From positions 5,315-69,314 of the forward strand of contig PBDW01000003.1 of NCBI GenBank assembly GCA_002717485.1: 64,000 nt of DNA. The letters run 5' to 3'. The stretch comes from Pelagibacteraceae bacterium (GTDB lineage: Bacteria; Pseudomonadota; Alphaproteobacteria; HIMB59; GCA-002718135). The translations under genes and the position numbers were made by a program. The notes beneath the pieces are model-generated. The model worked only from the letters and a program-made list of their open reading frames with translations. It was not told the origin of the DNA and made no database searches. Shown here one piece after another: positions 35,041-46,767 of the stretch (positions within the stretch are counted from its first letter, which is position 1; every line of letters begins with the position of its first letter).

Positions 35041-35445
35041 TTAAACTCTTCTTTGTTTTTTCGGCCTACAACCATTATGAGGTATTGGTGTAATATCTTT
35101 TATCGAAGAAATATTATATCCAATTGACTGCAATGATCTTAGTGCAGATTCTCTACCTGAACCAGGTCCAGAAACTTCAATTTTAAGATTTTTTAATCCA
35201 AAGTCTTTAGCCTTTGTTCCAGCATCTTCCGCTGCAACCTGTGCAGCAAAAGGTGTAGACTTTCTTGAACCCTTAAAACCTTTTGTACCCGCTGATGACC
35301 AAGCTAAAGTGTTCCCCTGTTCGTCACTTATTGTAATAATAGTGTTATTAAATGATGAAACTATATGGGCTATTCCATTAATAACTTTTCTTTTTTCCTT
35401 CTTTTTTTTTAAAACTTTCTTTTTTTGATCTTTTTTTTCTTCCAT
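35041..35445 (-). CDS. rpsK: 30S ribosomal protein S11
   Basis: [31 protein letters not shown]. Confidence 0.95.
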   Translation of the reverse strand: MEEKKDQKKKVLKKKKEKRKVINGIAHIVSSFNNTIITISDEQGNTLAWSSAGTKGFKGSRKSTPFAAQVAAEDAGTKAKDFGLKNLKIEVSGPGSGRESALRSLQSIGYNISSIKDITPIPHNGCRPKKQRRV

Positions 35446-35447
35446 AT

Positions 35448-35828
35448 TTAACCTTTTGGAGCCTTTTTCTTACCAGCAATGGCCACAGCTTTACCTTTTC
35501 TTGTTCTAGCATTGGTGTGAGTTCTCTGTCCCCTAACAGGCAAACCTTTTCTATGCCTTAAACCCCTATATGATCCAAGGTCAGTAAGTCTTTTGATATT
35601 CATCGAGATATCTCTTCTTAAGTTTCCCTCGACAACAAAGTCTGCGTCAATCGCTTCTCTTATTTTAGAAATTTCATCATCATTTAACTCGCTAACTCTT
35701 TTTGATATAGGCAACTTAACTTTATTACAAATATTCTTAGCAGTTTTAGGACCAATGCCATATATATAGGTCAAGGCTATGACAACCCTCTTATTGCTTG
35801 GTATGTTAACACCAGAAATACGAGCCAA
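35448..35828 (-). CDS. rpsM: 30S ribosomal protein S13
   Basis: [35 protein letters not shown] start with GGAG upstream. Confidence 0.95.
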   Translation of the reverse strand: MARISGVNIPSNKRVVIALTYIYGIGPKTAKNICNKVKLPISKRVSELNDDEISKIREAIDADFVVEGNLRRDISMNIKRLTDLGSYRGLRHRKGLPVRGQRTHTNARTRKGKAVAIAGKKKAPKG

Positions 35829-35861
35829 AATATATACTCCGTTTTTATGAAATGATGGGTG

Positions 35862-35889
35862 ACTATATGAATTAGAACAATGAAGTCAA
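35862..35889 (-). promoter_or_regulatory. Candidate promoter of the alpha operon (rpsM-rpsK-rpoA-rplQ)
   Basis: Minus strand reads TTGACT (35889..35884), 16-nt spacer, TATAGT (35867..35862), in the 98-nt adk-rpsM spacer. Confidence 0.4.
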
Positions 35890-35926
35890 GTGAAGAAATA
35901 ACAAAAAAAGGGCTGATTTTAGCCGA

Positions 35927-36586
35927 TTAATAAATTACATTAATAAAATCAATAATTTTTTTACTAATTTTCTCTGCCGATCCAGATCCGTCAAATTTTT
36001 TAAGAAGATTTTTACTTTTGTAGTAATCAATTAATGGGAAGGTTTCATTATAGTATTTTTTTAGACGCACTTGTTTAAAAGCCTCTTCTTCGTCATCACT
36101 TCTGACCATTATGTTTTCTTTGCTACAATCTTTTCTCCCACAACCATTTTCTGGGAATGGATTAGAATATTTGTTATAAATTTTTGAGCATTTATTACAA
36201 AGCAGTCTTCCAGTTATTCTTTTTAGGAGTTCATCCTCTGGAACATCAACCAAAATAACACTACTAATTTTTAAATTTTCTTCACTCATAATACTTTCTA
36301 AACTATTTGCTTGAGGCAGGGTTCTTGGAAATCCGTCAAGTATAAAACCTTTATTACAATCTTGCATTAAAATTCTTTTTTTAACAACGCTTGTTATCAT
36401 ATCGTCAGAAACAAGCATTCCTTTAGACATAATATTTTTTAATTCTTTACCAATGTAATCATTATTTTCAGACATATCTCTTAAAATTTCCCCAGTAGAT
36501 AAATGGGGTATATTTAGAACATTTGATATAATTTTTGACTGTGTACCCTTGCCTGCACCCGGAGGTCCAAGAAATACAAGTCTCAT
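35927..36586 (-). CDS. adk: Adenylate kinase
   Basis: MRLVFLGPPGAGKGTQ P-loop. Zinc-lid-like CNKC...CGRKDC. Overlaps the secY stop by 4 nt. Confidence 0.95.
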   Translation of the reverse strand: MRLVFLGPPGAGKGTQSKIISNVLNIPHLSTGEILRDMSENNDYIGKELKNIMSKGMLVSDDMITSVVKKRILMQDCNKGFILDGFPRTLPQANSLESIMSEENLKISSVILVDVPEDELLKRITGRLLCNKCSKIYNKYSNPFPENGCGRKDCSKENIMVRSDDEEEAFKQVRLKKYYNETFPLIDYYKSKNLLKKFDGSGSAEKISKKIIDFINVIY

Positions 36587-37926
36587 CTATTTCTACCTTT
36601 TAATTTTGTTTTATTTAAAATACCTGCGTATTGATGAGAAAATAAATGGGATTGAACCTGGATCATAAAATCCATCATTACAACGACAGTTATTAAGAGA
36701 CTTGTTCCTCCTAAATAAAACGGTATTGAGTATCTTGAAATTAATAGTTCAGGCAATAATGCTACAAAGGCAAGGTATATTGAACCTATGACTGTTAATC
36801 TAGTTAAAACATAATCTATATACTTAGATGTATTTTCTCCCGGTCTATAACCTGGGATGAAACCACCGTATTTTCTTAAATTTTCTGCTTGCTCTTCAGG
36901 ATTAAAAACTATTGCTGTATAAAAAAATGCAAAAAATACAACCATAGCGCCAAACATTAGTAAATAAAGTGGCTGACCCCTTCCTAAATAACTTGATATA
37001 AATGCAAAAGCACCACTTTCAGATCCGGCCCCAAAACCAGTTAATGTCGTTGGAAGAAGTAAAACTGAAGAAGCAAAAATTACTGGTATTACACCTGCAG
37101 TATTAATTTTTAAAGGTAGGTGCGAACTTTGCCCTCCAAACATTTTATTTCCTACTTGTCTTTTTGGATACTGAACGACTAACCTTCTTTGACCTTTTTC
37201 AATAAAAACTATGAAAATAATTAATGAAATAACCAATATGATAAGTAATAGGATAAATACTGAGCTGATTGCCCCAGTTCTCCCCAATTCAAGAGTACTA
37301 ACTACCGCACGGGGTAGATTAGCAACAATCCCTGCTGTTATTATTAAAGAGATACCGTTTCCAACACCTCTTGAGGTTATTTGCTCGCCTAACCACATTA
37401 AAAAAATTGTTCCTCCTGTTAGAGTAACGACAGTAGTAAATCTAAAAAATAGTCCTGGTTCAATTACAACCTGTCCTCCGGTATTCTGCAATGATTCTAA
37501 ACCAACCGCAACCCCATAACCCTGGATTGCTGCTATTAAAACTGTTGCATATCTTGTAATTTGAATTCTCTTTCTTGCTCCCTGGCTTCCTTGCTCCTTT
37601 AAGTTTTTTAAACTAGGAATACTACTTTGTAACAATGTCATTATTATCGAAGCAGAGATATAAGGCATAACACCTAATGCAAAGAGTCCCATTCGACCTA
37701 ATGCTCCTCCTGAGAATGTATCGAAAATTCCTAATATTCCCCCTGCTTGTTGTGTAAAAAAAGCTTGAAGAGAGTTAGGGTCAATTCCAGGTATTGGCAG
37801 GAAAGTTCCTATTCTAAAAACAATTAAAGCACCTAAAGTAAACCACAATCTTTTTTTGAGCTCAGTCGCTTGCGAAAATGCTCCCATATTTAAATTTGAA
37901 GCTAGTCTTTCAGCTGCTGATGGCAT
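36583..37926 (-). CDS. secY: Preprotein translocase subunit SecY
   Basis: 447 aa, 10 TM. Conserved position after rplO. Confidence 0.95.
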   Translation of the reverse strand: MPSAAERLASNLNMGAFSQATELKKRLWFTLGALIVFRIGTFLPIPGIDPNSLQAFFTQQAGGILGIFDTFSGGALGRMGLFALGVMPYISASIIMTLLQSSIPSLKNLKEQGSQGARKRIQITRYATVLIAAIQGYGVAVGLESLQNTGGQVVIEPGLFFRFTTVVTLTGGTIFLMWLGEQITSRGVGNGISLIITAGIVANLPRAVVSTLELGRTGAISSVFILLLIILVISLIIFIVFIEKGQRRLVVQYPKRQVGNKMFGGQSSHLPLKINTAGVIPVIFASSVLLLPTTLTGFGAGSESGAFAFISSYLGRGQPLYLLMFGAMVVFFAFFYTAIVFNPEEQAENLRKYGGFIPGYRPGENTSKYIDYVLTRLTVIGSIYLAFVALLPELLISRYSIPFYLGGTSLLITVVVMMDFMIQVQSHLFSHQYAGILNKTKLKGRNR

Positions 37927-38397
37927 TTATTTTGCTCCACTTTTTATAGTTAGATTAACTGAACCGCCAAGATCATCAATTTTTTTAATGGCTGATTTTG
38001 ATGCATAACTTACAGATAATTTAATAGCTTTTTTTAAATTTCCGTTACCAAGAATTTTGCACTTTCCTTTTGATTTTTTCAATATTTTTGCCTTTATTAA
38101 GTCTTCTTCAGTGATAGCTTCACTATCTAATTTTTTTCTGTCAATTGCACTTTGTAAATTTGACAGATTTAAAGTTTGAATTTTATTTGAAAATATATTT
38201 CTAAAACCTCTTTTTGGCAATCTTCTGTAAATTGGCATCTGCCCACCTTCAAAACCATTAATAGATACACCTGATCTTGATTTTTGGCCCTTAAATCCTC
38301 TTCCAGCTGTTCTACCTAAACCCGAACCTGATCCTCTACCAACTCTTTTGATTTTTTTTCTTGATCCGTATGAAGGTTTAATTTCATTTAATTTCAT
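37927..38397 (-). CDS. rplO: 50S ribosomal protein L15
   Basis: VGRGSGSGLGRTAGRGFKGQKSRSG. Confidence 0.95.
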   Translation of the reverse strand: MKLNEIKPSYGSRKKIKRVGRGSGSGLGRTAGRGFKGQKSRSGVSINGFEGGQMPIYRRLPKRGFRNIFSNKIQTLNLSNLQSAIDRKKLDSEAITEEDLIKAKILKKSKGKCKILGNGNLKKAIKLSVSYASKSAIKKIDDLGGSVNLTIKSGAK

Positions 38398-38417
38398 TTT
38401 CTAAATTCTCCTAAAAT

Positions 38418-38930
38418 CTAAGCCTTTTTAGTATTTACGATAATATCTGAAACTTTTTTTGATCTCCTGCCAGCAACACTTTTAGGCGACGCAATATTAT
38501 TAAATGCATTAAATGTAGCCTTAATAACATTGTGCGGATTGGCTGATCCAACTGATTTTGCAACAACATCTTTTATGCCCAGTGAATCAAAAATTGCCCT
38601 CATCGCACCACCAGCTATTACTCCGGTTCCAGGAGGCGCAGATCTTACTATAACCCTGCCAGCACCAAACCTTCCTACAGCGTCATGGTAAACTGTTCTC
38701 TCTTCTTTAAGATTAACTCTAAAAAGATTTTTTTTAGCTTCATTGGCAGCCTTTTTTATTGCATTTGGAACTTCCTTGGCCTTTCCTGTTCCATACCCTA
38801 CTTTACCATGAGTATCACCTGCTACAACTATAGCAGCAAATCCAAATCTTCGCCCTCCTTTAACCACTTTTGCTACTCTATTTACGGCCACTAAGTGCTC
38901 AACAATATCAGAATTTTCTTTATCTTTCAC
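38418..38930 (-). CDS. rpsE: 30S ribosomal protein S5
   Basis: [26 protein letters not shown]. Confidence 0.95.
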   Translation of the reverse strand: MKDKENSDIVEHLVAVNRVAKVVKGGRRFGFAAIVVAGDTHGKVGYGTGKAKEVPNAIKKAANEAKKNLFRVNLKEERTVYHDAVGRFGAGRVIVRSAPPGTGVIAGGAMRAIFDSLGIKDVVAKSVGSANPHNVIKATFNAFNNIASPKSVAGRRSKKVSDIIVNTKKA

Positions 38931-38944
38931 TGGATTAATCCTTT

Positions 38945-39298
38945 CTAAAATTCTAAACCAGATTTTCTAGCTGATTCAGCTAATGCTTTAATTCTACCAT
39001 GATAAGTATACGAACCCTTATCAAACACTACTTTTTTTAAACCTTTTTTTAATGATCTTTCTGCAATTAATGTTCCTACTTTTTCCTCAATATTAAAATC
39101 TTTGTTAGACTCAACAGTTGTTATCTCTTTTTCCATTGAAGATGCACTTACTATGGTTTTTCCTGTTTTATCATCAATAATTTGTGCATAAATATTTTTG
39201 TTAGATCTAAATACCGACAATCTATTCCTATCAGAATATTTTCTTATTTTTTTTCTGTTTCTTAATTTTCTTCTAGTTTTTAGATTAATTTTTTTCAC
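38945..39298 (-). CDS. rplR: 50S ribosomal protein L18
   Basis: [34 protein letters not shown]. Confidence 0.95.
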   Translation of the reverse strand: MKKINLKTRRKLRNRKKIRKYSDRNRLSVFRSNKNIYAQIIDDKTGKTIVSASSMEKEITTVESNKDFNIEEKVGTLIAERSLKKGLKKVVFDKGSYTYHGRIKALAESARKSGLEF

Positions 39299-39831
39299 TA
39301 TTTTTTCTTACCCTCTTTTCTGAAGATATATTCGTTTAAATATTTTATTCCTTTACCTTTAAAGGGTTCTGGCTTTCTATAACTTCTTATTTCAGCCGCA
39401 ACTCTTCCTAACAATTCTTTATCATGACTTGAAATTTTAATGAGATTTTGCTTAGAACATTCAATCTTTACCCCATCAGGAATATTATAATTTACATCAT
39501 GGCTGTATCCTAATTGCAATTTTAATATTTTTCCTGACAAACTTGCTCTAAATCCGGTTCCAGTTAATTCAAGGGTCTTTTCAAAACCTTCTGAAACGCC
39601 CTTAACAGCATTTGCTACTAATGACCTTAATGTCCCCCATACAGGATTATTTCTTAAAATCTCATTCTTTAAATCAACATTTAATAAGTTATTATCCTGA
39701 ATAACTTTAAAACCACTTGGAATCGGTACGATAATTTCACCAAGATGACCTTTTATTTTAAATTCATTTTCTGAAATAGTTACGTCAGTTTTTTCAGGAA
39801 TTTGAATTGGATTTTTTGCTACTCTTGACAT
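39298..39831 (-). CDS. rplF: 50S ribosomal protein L6
   Basis: The track start (39861) would overlap rpsH by 26 nt. ATG at 39831 gives [12 protein letters not shown], a typical L6 N-terminus, and a 177-aa product 4 nt after the rpsH stop. Confidence 0.93.
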   Translation of the reverse strand: MSRVAKNPIQIPEKTDVTISENEFKIKGHLGEIIVPIPSGFKVIQDNNLLNVDLKNEILRNNPVWGTLRSLVANAVKGVSEGFEKTLELTGTGFRASLSGKILKLQLGYSHDVNYNIPDGVKIECSKQNLIKISSHDKELLGRVAAEIRSYRKPEPFKGKGIKYLNEYIFRKEGKKK

Positions 39832-39835
39832 TTTA

Positions 39836-40234
39836 TTAAAATACCTGACATAAAACTTCACCGCCTACATTTTGATTCCTAGCCGCACTATCGGACATTA
39901 CACCTTTTGGCGTTGATAATATTGAAATTCCTAAACCCCCGTATGATTTTGGTAATTCTTTAATTTTACTATAAACTCTAATGCCCGGTTTAGAAATTCT
40001 TTTAATTTTTTTGATTACGGGCTCACCCTGATCATATTTTAATTCAATCTTAATCTGCACCATACCACCTTCAATATTTTCAGAACTAAAATCTCTAATA
40101 TATCCTTCATCTTTTAAAACTTGAAGTACGTTAAGATTTAATTTTGAAAGTATGCAGTATGTAAAATCTTTTTTAACTTTATGAGCATTTCTTATTCTTG
40201 CCAACATATCAGATAAAGTATCATTTAATGACAT
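39836..40234 (-). CDS. rpsH: 30S ribosomal protein S8
   Basis: DTLSDMLARIRNA, GGEVLCQVF. Confidence 0.95.
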   Translation of the reverse strand: MSLNDTLSDMLARIRNAHKVKKDFTYCILSKLNLNVLQVLKDEGYIRDFSSENIEGGMVQIKIELKYDQGEPVIKKIKRISKPGIRVYSKIKELPKSYGGLGISILSTPKGVMSDSAARNQNVGGEVLCQVF

Positions 40235-40245
40235 ATCTTACCTCC

Positions 40246-40551
40246 TTACCAACTCGATTTTATTACTCCAGGCAATTTGCCTGAAAGTGATAACTCTCTT
40301 ATTTTAATTCTAGACAGTCCAAATTTTCTATAAACTCCCCTTGCTCTACCAGTTAATTCACATCTATTTCTGTAGCGTATTCTGGAACTTGATCTAGGCA
40401 AATCTTGTAATTTTGACTGTATTCCAAGTCTTGAATCCATAGTTAATTTTTTGTCCTTTAATAACATTTTTAACTTTTTTCTCTTAGCCTGATATTTTTT
40501 AATAAGATTTTTACGTTTTAAATTTTTTTCAATTAAAATTAATCTTGCCAT
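40246..40551 (-). CDS. rpsN: 30S ribosomal protein S14 (long form)
   Basis: 101 aa. [22 protein letters not shown], ending KSSW. Confidence 0.95.
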   Translation of the reverse strand: MARLILIEKNLKRKNLIKKYQAKRKKLKMLLKDKKLTMDSRLGIQSKLQDLPRSSSRIRYRNRCELTGRARGVYRKFGLSRIKIRELSLSGKLPGVIKSSW

Positions 40552-40561
40552 TTCCTACTCT

Positions 40562-41110
40562 TTAATTTGTTGTGTCAACAAAGGGCATATTAAATCCTTT
40601 TAATAATTCCAATGCTTCCTCGTTACTTTTTGCGTTGGTACAGATAATAATATCTATACCCCTTATTTTATCAACTTTGTCATACTCAATTTCATGAAAG
40701 ATAATTTGTTCTTTTATCCCCATTGAAAAATTTCCCATACCATCAAAACTCTTTGGATTCAGTCCTCTAAAATCTCTCACCCTTGGAAGTGCAAGGTTTA
40801 CTAATCTATCTAAAAATTCATACATCTTTTTTCTTCTAAGGGTCACTTTAACTCCGATTTTTATTCCCTCTCTGATTTTAAAACCAGCGATTGCTTTTTT
40901 TGTTTTTGTAAAAGTAGCGCTTTGACCTGCGATTAATGAAAGTTCATTCTTTGCTTTATCAAGTATCTTTGAATCATCTTTTGCCTCTCCTATTCCCATA
41001 TTTAATACTATTTTTTCTAATTTAGGAGCGGCAAATTTATTTTTATATTTAAATCTAGATATTAGAGATGGAGAAATAGTTTCAGTATAAAGTTTTTGCA
41101 ATCTAGTCAT
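40562..41110 (-). CDS. rplE: 50S ribosomal protein L5
   Basis: [19 protein letters not shown]. Confidence 0.95.
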   Translation of the reverse strand: MTRLQKLYTETISPSLISRFKYKNKFAAPKLEKIVLNMGIGEAKDDSKILDKAKNELSLIAGQSATFTKTKKAIAGFKIREGIKIGVKVTLRRKKMYEFLDRLVNLALPRVRDFRGLNPKSFDGMGNFSMGIKEQIIFHEIEYDKVDKIRGIDIIICTNAKSNEEALELLKGFNMPFVDTTN

Positions 41111-41418
41111 TATATAAGCTCTTTCTTTGATTTTTTATTAATTCTGACCTTAGAGCCATCTTTCAAAAAAGAATATCCAATTCTAACTCCTTTTTTTAAC
41201 TCTTTATCATAGTAGCTAATATTGGAGATGCTAATTGGCATTTCTTTATCTATAATTCCGCCTGCTTGCTTATCGCTAGGTTTGGTATGTTTTTTCACAA
41301 CATTAACACCTGAAACTATAGCTTTATTTATACTTGGAATAACTTTTAAAATTTTTCCTGTTTTTCCTTTATTTTTTCCAACCATAACGATTACTTCATC
41401 ATCTTTTTTTAATTTCAT
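41110..41418 (-). CDS. rplX: 50S ribosomal protein L24
   Basis: [23 protein letters not shown] (KOW motif). Confidence 0.95.
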   Translation of the reverse strand: MKLKKDDEVIVMVGKNKGKTGKILKVIPSINKAIVSGVNVVKKHTKPSDKQAGGIIDKEMPISISNISYYDKELKKGVRIGYSFLKDGSKVRINKKSKKELI

Positions 41419-41435
41419 TGCGCTTCTCTCATTAA

Positions 41436-41804
41436 TTATAGAACCTCTGGTGCCAAACTAATTATTTTCATAAATTTTTTACTTCTTAATTCTCTTGTAA
41501 CAGGCCCGAATACTCTTGTTCCTATGGGTTCCTCTTGTTTATCTAAAAGAATAACTGCGTTTTTATCAAACCTTATTGTAGTCCCATCAATTCTAGAAAA
41601 ATCTTTCTTTGTTCTAACAATAAGTGCCTTGTATACATCGCCTTTCTTTACCTTTCCTCTTGGGATAGCATCTTTAACTGAAACAACAATAATTTCACCA
41701 ATGCTAGCAAATCTTTTCTTTGACCCTCCGAGAACCTTTACACACTGAACTTTTCTAGCGCCTGAATTGTCTGCGACTTCTATTTTTGTTTGCATCTGTA
41801 TCAT
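41436..41804 (-). CDS. rplN: 50S ribosomal protein L14
   Basis: [27 protein letters not shown]. Confidence 0.95.
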   Translation of the reverse strand: MIQMQTKIEVADNSGARKVQCVKVLGGSKKRFASIGEIIVVSVKDAIPRGKVKKGDVYKALIVRTKKDFSRIDGTTIRFDKNAVILLDKQEEPIGTRVFGPVTRELRSKKFMKIISLAPEVL

Positions 41805-42067
41805 GTCTTATTCACTCTTTGCTTTTCATTAAGATTTTCTTCAGTAATAACGTTCCACGTTTTATTTTTAGAAATGGGTCTGCATTCTTGTATTTTGACA
41901 TTATCACCAATTTTAAATTCATTTAATTCATCGTGAACTGAATATTTTTTTGATTTTTTTATTATCTTTTTATAAAAAGAATGCCTGACTCGTCTTGTAA
42001 CTTTTACAACAATAGTTTTGTTAGATTTATCTGAGACAACTACACCGGATAATATTCTTTTAGGCAT
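41801..42067 (-). CDS. rpsQ: 30S ribosomal protein S17
   Basis: [39 protein letters not shown]. Confidence 0.95.
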   Translation of the reverse strand: MPKRILSGVVVSDKSNKTIVVKVTRRVRHSFYKKIIKKSKKYSVHDELNEFKIGDNVKIQECRPISKNKTWNVITEENLNEKQRVNKT

Positions 42068-42263
42068 TATCGCCTCCCTGTTTTTGACTTAATTTTGTGT
42101 TCATTGAAGCAATTAATCTTCTGGTTTTTTTGATTTGTGAGGTATTCTCAAGCTGACCGCTACTCTTTTTAAATCTAAAATTTAACATCTCTTTTTTTAA
42201 ATCAGATAATTTTGATTTAATTTCTTGTATAGAAAGATTTGTATTTTTTTTCTTTGCCATCAA
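42060..42263 (-). CDS. rpmC: 50S ribosomal protein L29
   Basis: 67 aa. [19 protein letters not shown]. Positioned between rplP and rpsQ. Confidence 0.9.
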   Translation of the reverse strand: MMAKKKNTNLSIQEIKSKLSDLKKEMLNFRFKKSSGQLENTSQIKKTRRLIASMNTKLSQKQGGDNA

Positions 42264-42676
42264 ATGTCCCTACTTACAAATTTACATTTTATCGGAAGTT
42301 TAGCCGCAGCTAATTCCATCGCTCTTTTTGCATCTTGATGAGGAATACCATCTACTTCAAACATTATTCTACCAGGTTTAACTCTACATACCCAAAATTC
42401 AACTGAGCCCTTGCCTTTACCCATTCTAACTTCAGCAGGTTTTTTTGTAACTGGAACATCCGGAAATATCCTAATCCACAATCTGCCAGCTCTTTTTAAA
42501 TACCTTGTTATAGTTTTTCTAGCTGCTTCAATTTGTCGAGACGTAATTCTTTCAGGTTCAAGTGCCTTAAGTCCATAATTTCCAAAATTCAACATTGCAT
42601 TACCCTTAGTATGACCATGAATTCTGCCTTTGTGTTGCTTTCTATATTTTGTTTTTTTTGGCGACAGCATATTCAT
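42260..42676 (-). CDS. rplP: 50S ribosomal protein L16
   Basis: [16 protein letters not shown]. The start could be the third codon (ATG 42670). Confidence 0.95.
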   Translation of the reverse strand: MNMLSPKKTKYRKQHKGRIHGHTKGNAMLNFGNYGLKALEPERITSRQIEAARKTITRYLKRAGRLWIRIFPDVPVTKKPAEVRMGKGKGSVEFWVCRVKPGRIMFEVDGIPHQDAKRAMELAAAKLPIKCKFVSRDI

Positions 42677-42679
42677 TTT

Positions 42680-43357
42680 TTACCTAATACTTCCTCCCTC
42701 TATAAGCTTTTTTTCACTTCCCATTGGATCGTGTTCTAGAATTTCTCCTTTATTAATCCATACTTTTATACCGCATATACCATAAGTAGTTTCAGCTTCA
42801 GCAGTTGCATAATCAATATCTGCTCTTAAGGTATGCAGTGGAACGCTTCCTTCATTATAAGATTCAGATCTTGCTATATCTGTTCCACCTAGTCTTCCAC
42901 CAATAACTACTTTTACTCCTCTAGCACCAAGACGCATTGAGGATTGGACCGCCCTTTTCATTGCTCTTCTAAATGATACTCTTTTTTCTAATTGAGTAGC
43001 AATGTTATCCGCTACTAAACTTGCCTCAATTTCTGGCTTTCTTATCTCTTTTATGTCAAGAGCAACACTTACAGAAGAAATTTTGGATAAATCGCTTCTG
43101 AGCTTTTCAATATCCGCACCCTTTTTTCCAATAATGATTCCAGGTCTTGCACTGTAAATAGTTATTCTTAATTTCTTTGCAGCTCTTTCAATTATAACCT
43201 TAGAAACACTTGCTCCACTAAGTTTTTTATAAACATGGGATCTTAATTTAAAATCTTCATGCAAGAATCTTTGGTAATCTTTTTTTGAAAACCATCTAGA
43301 ATCCCAAGTTTTGTTAACACCCAATCTTAGTCCATTTGGATTAATTTTTTGACCCAT
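42680..43357 (-). CDS. rpsC: 30S ribosomal protein S3
   Basis: [15 protein letters not shown] domain GIIIGKKG. Confidence 0.95.
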   Translation of the reverse strand: MGQKINPNGLRLGVNKTWDSRWFSKKDYQRFLHEDFKLRSHVYKKLSGASVSKVIIERAAKKLRITIYSARPGIIIGKKGADIEKLRSDLSKISSVSVALDIKEIRKPEIEASLVADNIATQLEKRVSFRRAMKRAVQSSMRLGARGVKVVIGGRLGGTDIARSESYNEGSVPLHTLRADIDYATAEAETTYGICGIKVWINKGEILEHDPMGSEKKLIEGGSIR

Positions 43358-43358
43358 A

Positions 43359-43742
43359 CTATTTTACTTCCTTTTTCTTAGTTTTTTTAAGTTCAACTTT
43401 TTTTTCTTCTAGTACTATTGTTAATCTACTAAATGGTTTCATAATTGGAGAAGCTCTCCCCTTTGCACGAGGCCTCCATCTTTTCATTGTGAGAGATTTT
43501 CCAACAAAAGCTTCTTTTACAAAAAGATTATCAATATCAAGTTGTTTATTATTTTCTGCATTCGCTATTGCAGAGTTTAAAACCTTTAAAACATTATTTG
43601 ATATTCTTTTTTTATTAAACTTTAACTGATTAACAGCAGCGTTAACACCTAACTTTACAATGCTTTGAGCGACAATGTTAAGTTTTCTCTGACTAACCCT
43701 AATCGTATTGTCTTTTGCTATTGATATATTATCTGCGCTCAT
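43359..43742 (-). CDS. rplV: 50S ribosomal protein L22
   Basis: [27 protein letters not shown]. Confidence 0.95.
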   Translation of the reverse strand: MSADNISIAKDNTIRVSQRKLNIVAQSIVKLGVNAAVNQLKFNKKRISNNVLKVLNSAIANAENNKQLDIDNLFVKEAFVGKSLTMKRWRPRAKGRASPIMKPFSRLTIVLEEKKVELKKTKKKEVK

Positions 43743-43746
43743 ATTA

Positions 43747-44046
43747 TTATTTTTTATCCTTAACTGGTGAAGTGGTTACTTTTTTGTCAGCTTCTGTATG
43801 ACCCTTAAATTGTCTGGTTGGTGAAAACTCGCCAAGCTTATGACCCACCATATTTTCATTTACTGTGACAGGTACAAATTTTTGGCCATTATAAACTCCA
43901 AATGTTAATCCTACAAAATCTGGCATAATTGTTGAGCTTCTAGACCATGTTTTAATCACTTCACGTCTACCAGACTTTTTTACATTATTAGCTTTTTTAA
44001 TCAGCGTATTATCTATAAATGGTCCTTTCCACGTTGCCCTGCTCAA
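43747..44046 (-). CDS. rpsS: 30S ribosomal protein S19
   Basis: [29 protein letters not shown]. Confidence 0.95.
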   Translation of the reverse strand: MSRATWKGPFIDNTLIKKANNVKKSGRREVIKTWSRSSTIMPDFVGLTFGVYNGQKFVPVTVNENMVGHKLGEFSPTRQFKGHTEADKKVTTSPVKDKK

Positions 44047-44047
44047 T

Positions 44048-44869
44048 TTATTTTCTCCTCTTAATTATCATTTTATTTGTTTTTTTATTTTTCCTAGTTT
44101 TTTTTCCTTTTGTTGGAACGCCGGTTGGTGATACAGGATGCCTGCCCCCAGAAGTTCTTCCTTCTCCACCTCCATGCGGGTGATCAACAGGATTCATTAC
44201 TACTCCCCTAACCTTAGGTCTGTATCCAAGATGCCTTTTTCTGCCTGCCTTACCAAGTTTAATATTTTTATTATCTGGATTTGAAACAGTTCCAATTGTA
44301 GCCAAACAATCTGCATTAACCAATCTGACTTCTCCTGAAGCAAGTTTAACCTGAACATCAAAAACGCTTTTAGAAGATATTTGAGCATAAGTACCTGCCG
44401 ATCTCGCAAGTTGCCCTCCTTTTCCTTTTTTCATTTCAATATTGTGTATATTTGTTCCTAAAGGGATATTCTTGAGAGGTAGACAATTACCAATTTTAAT
44501 CTCTGCTTTTTCTGCTGAAATAATTTCGTTGCCAGCACTTATATTCTGGGGTGCTATAATGTATCTAAATTCACCATCATTATATTTTACTAGCGCAATA
44601 AACGCAGAACGATAAGGGTCATATTCTATTCTTTCAATTTTTCCAACAATATCAAATTTATTTCTCTTAAAGTCTATTGTACGAAAATTCCTCTTAACAC
44701 CTGAACCCATCCTTCTAGAAGTTATTTTTCCTTGATTATTTCTTCCAGAAGAAGATTTTAATCCTTTTACAAGAGGTTTATAGGGTTTGCCTTTCCACAA
44801 CTCTCTTCTATCAATTAAAACTGTTCCTCTTTGTGAAGTTGTTGAAGGTTTTAAAAATTTTAAAGCCAT
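44048..44869 (-). CDS. rplB: 50S ribosomal protein L2
   Basis: [27 protein letters not shown]. Confidence 0.95.
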   Translation of the reverse strand: MALKFLKPSTTSQRGTVLIDRRELWKGKPYKPLVKGLKSSSGRNNQGKITSRRMGSGVKRNFRTIDFKRNKFDIVGKIERIEYDPYRSAFIALVKYNDGEFRYIIAPQNISAGNEIISAEKAEIKIGNCLPLKNIPLGTNIHNIEMKKGKGGQLARSAGTYAQISSKSVFDVQVKLASGEVRLVNADCLATIGTVSNPDNKNIKLGKAGRKRHLGYRPKVRGVVMNPVDHPHGGGEGRTSGGRHPVSPTGVPTKGKKTRKNKKTNKMIIKRRK

Positions 44870-45193
44870 CTATATACCTGCCGAAATATCTATTGAATTA
44901 TCTTGCTCTAAGGTAACTATTGCCTTTTTTATATCACTTCTTTTACCTATCTGCCCCCTAAAAGACTTAATTTTACCTCGACTTATTAGAGTATTAACTT
45001 TTTTAACCTTAACCTTAAATAATTTTTCAATAGCACTTTTAATTTCTCGTGCGTTAGCGTTTCGTGCAACCTTAAACTCTATCTGATTGTATTGACTGAG
45101 CATAGTAGACTTCTCTGTGACAATAGGTTTAAGAATTATAGACTTTGCCTTACTTAAAGATATTTCAAATTTCTTGCTTACTTTTTCTATCAT
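44870..45193 (-). CDS. rplW: 50S ribosomal protein L23
   Basis: ILKPIVTEKS. Positioned between rplD and rplB. Confidence 0.92.
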   Translation of the reverse strand: MIEKVSKKFEISLSKAKSIILKPIVTEKSTMLSQYNQIEFKVARNANAREIKSAIEKLFKVKVKKVNTLISRGKIKSFRGQIGKRSDIKKAIVTLEQDNSIDISAGI

Positions 45194-45813
45194 AATAATC
45201 TTTCTTCAATAGAATTAATTGCATTTTTAAAAATAAATAATTTTTCATATTTTAAAATATCTTTAACATTCAGAGCTTCAACGGTTAAGTAACTTACTTT
45301 TGGAATATTAGATGAAGCCAAAGAAAAATTCTTATCTATTGCACTATTATTTGAAATAAAAATTGCGGAGTTAAACTTGAAATTGCTAATTTTATTATTT
45401 AAATCTTTAGTTTTATGATTTTCTAGTTTTTGATCGCTAAGAAAAACAACCTCATTTCTTTTAAATTTTTCTGAAAGAACACACTTAAGCGCTAGCTTTT
45501 TTTGTTTTTTATTAAGTTTTATTGAGTGATCTCTAACTACTGGTCCAAATGCAATACCCCCACCTCTAAAATGCGGCGCCTTACTACTACCTTGTCTTGC
45601 ATTACCAGTTCCTTTTTGACTAAATGGCTTTTTAGATTTTCCCCTGACCTCATTCCTGGTTTTAGTTTTGTGATTTCCTTCTCTTTTTTTTGCAGTTTGA
45701 AATCTTAAATACGAGTGAATTATGTCTGGAAAGATATGTGATGTAAAAACTGAATCCTTGACATCTATTTCCTCAATTAATTTATTATTTAAATCAAAAA
45801 CTTTACACTTCAT
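45190..45813 (-). CDS. rplD: 50S ribosomal protein L4
   Basis: KPFSQKGTGNARQGS, HFRGGGIAFGP. Confidence 0.95.
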   Translation of the reverse strand: MKCKVFDLNNKLIEEIDVKDSVFTSHIFPDIIHSYLRFQTAKKREGNHKTKTRNEVRGKSKKPFSQKGTGNARQGSSKAPHFRGGGIAFGPVVRDHSIKLNKKQKKLALKCVLSEKFKRNEVVFLSDQKLENHKTKDLNNKISNFKFNSAIFISNNSAIDKNFSLASSNIPKVSYLTVEALNVKDILKYEKLFIFKNAINSIEERLL

Positions 45814-45814
45814 T

Positions 45815-46453
45815 TTATTTACTCTTTTTTACCGAATCACAAATATAAACTACTGATTTTTTTGCACCTGGGACAGATCCCATAATTATTATTAAACTAT
45901 TTTTAATATCAACATCTACTATCTTTAAATTTTGTATAGTGACTTTTTTTGATCCCATATGTCCTGCCATTTTTTTTCCTTTAAATACCCTTCCTGGATC
46001 CTGACAATTACCAGTCGAACCGTGTGCCCTATGGGAAACTGAAACTCCATGAGATGCCCTGCCGCCGCCAAAATTATGTCTTTTCATAGAACCTGCGAAA
46101 CCTTTTCCCTTGCTAACAGAAGTTACATCAACAAATTGACCTTTAGTGAAATGGTCAACATTTATTTTCGTTCCAATTTCTAGCATATTATCTTTTGTGA
46201 TTCTGAATTCTTTTAAATGTTTTTTTGGAGTAGATTTTAATTTTGAAAATGAATTTTTTTGAGGCTTGTTAATTTTATTATTTTTCTTATTTTCAATACC
46301 TATTTGCAAAGCTTCATATCCATTCTTATCCAATGATCTGATATTTGTAACTTCGCAATCATTCACACTTAATAAAGTTGCGGGAATTCTAGTTCCATCA
46401 TCATTAAAAATGGAAGTTATGCCTACTTTTCTTGCAACAATTCCTGTTCTCAT
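45815..46453 (-). CDS. rplC: 50S ribosomal protein L3
   Basis: [33 protein letters not shown]. Confidence 0.95.
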   Translation of the reverse strand: MRTGIVARKVGITSIFNDDGTRIPATLLSVNDCEVTNIRSLDKNGYEALQIGIENKKNNKINKPQKNSFSKLKSTPKKHLKEFRITKDNMLEIGTKINVDHFTKGQFVDVTSVSKGKGFAGSMKRHNFGGGRASHGVSVSHRAHGSTGNCQDPGRVFKGKKMAGHMGSKKVTIQNLKIVDVDIKNSLIIIMGSVPGAKKSVVYICDSVKKSK

Positions 46454-46758
46454 ATTTTTATATCTACCTCCACTCCAGCTGATAAATCTAATTTCATAAG
46501 AGCGTCAACAGTTTGGGGTGTAGGATCGACAATATCTAGCAATCTATTATGCGTTCTTATTTCAAACTGCTCTCTACTTTTTTTATCAATATGAGGTGAT
46601 TTATTAACTGTAAATTTTTCTATTCTAGTTGGTAATGGAATAGGACCACGAACCTTTGCTCCTGTTCTTTTAGCCGTATTAATTATATTAGATGTGCTAG
46701 TGTCTAGAATTTTACTATCAAATGCTCTTAATCTAATTCTAATATCTTTATTTTCCAT
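46450..46758 (-). CDS. rpsJ: 30S ribosomal protein S10
   Basis: [29 protein letters not shown]. Confidence 0.95.
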   Translation of the reverse strand: MENKDIRIRLRAFDSKILDTSTSNIINTAKRTGAKVRGPIPLPTRIEKFTVNKSPHIDKKSREQFEIRTHNRLLDIVDPTPQTVDALMKLDLSAGVEVDIKI

Positions 46759-46767
46759 AACCTCTCC

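Noticed and set aside
35911-35924. Terminator after adk (GGCT-GATTTT-AGCC followed by a T-run on the minus strand).
   Set aside because: The stem is only 4 bp, which is too weak to call. It may still contribute to the spc/alpha operon boundary.
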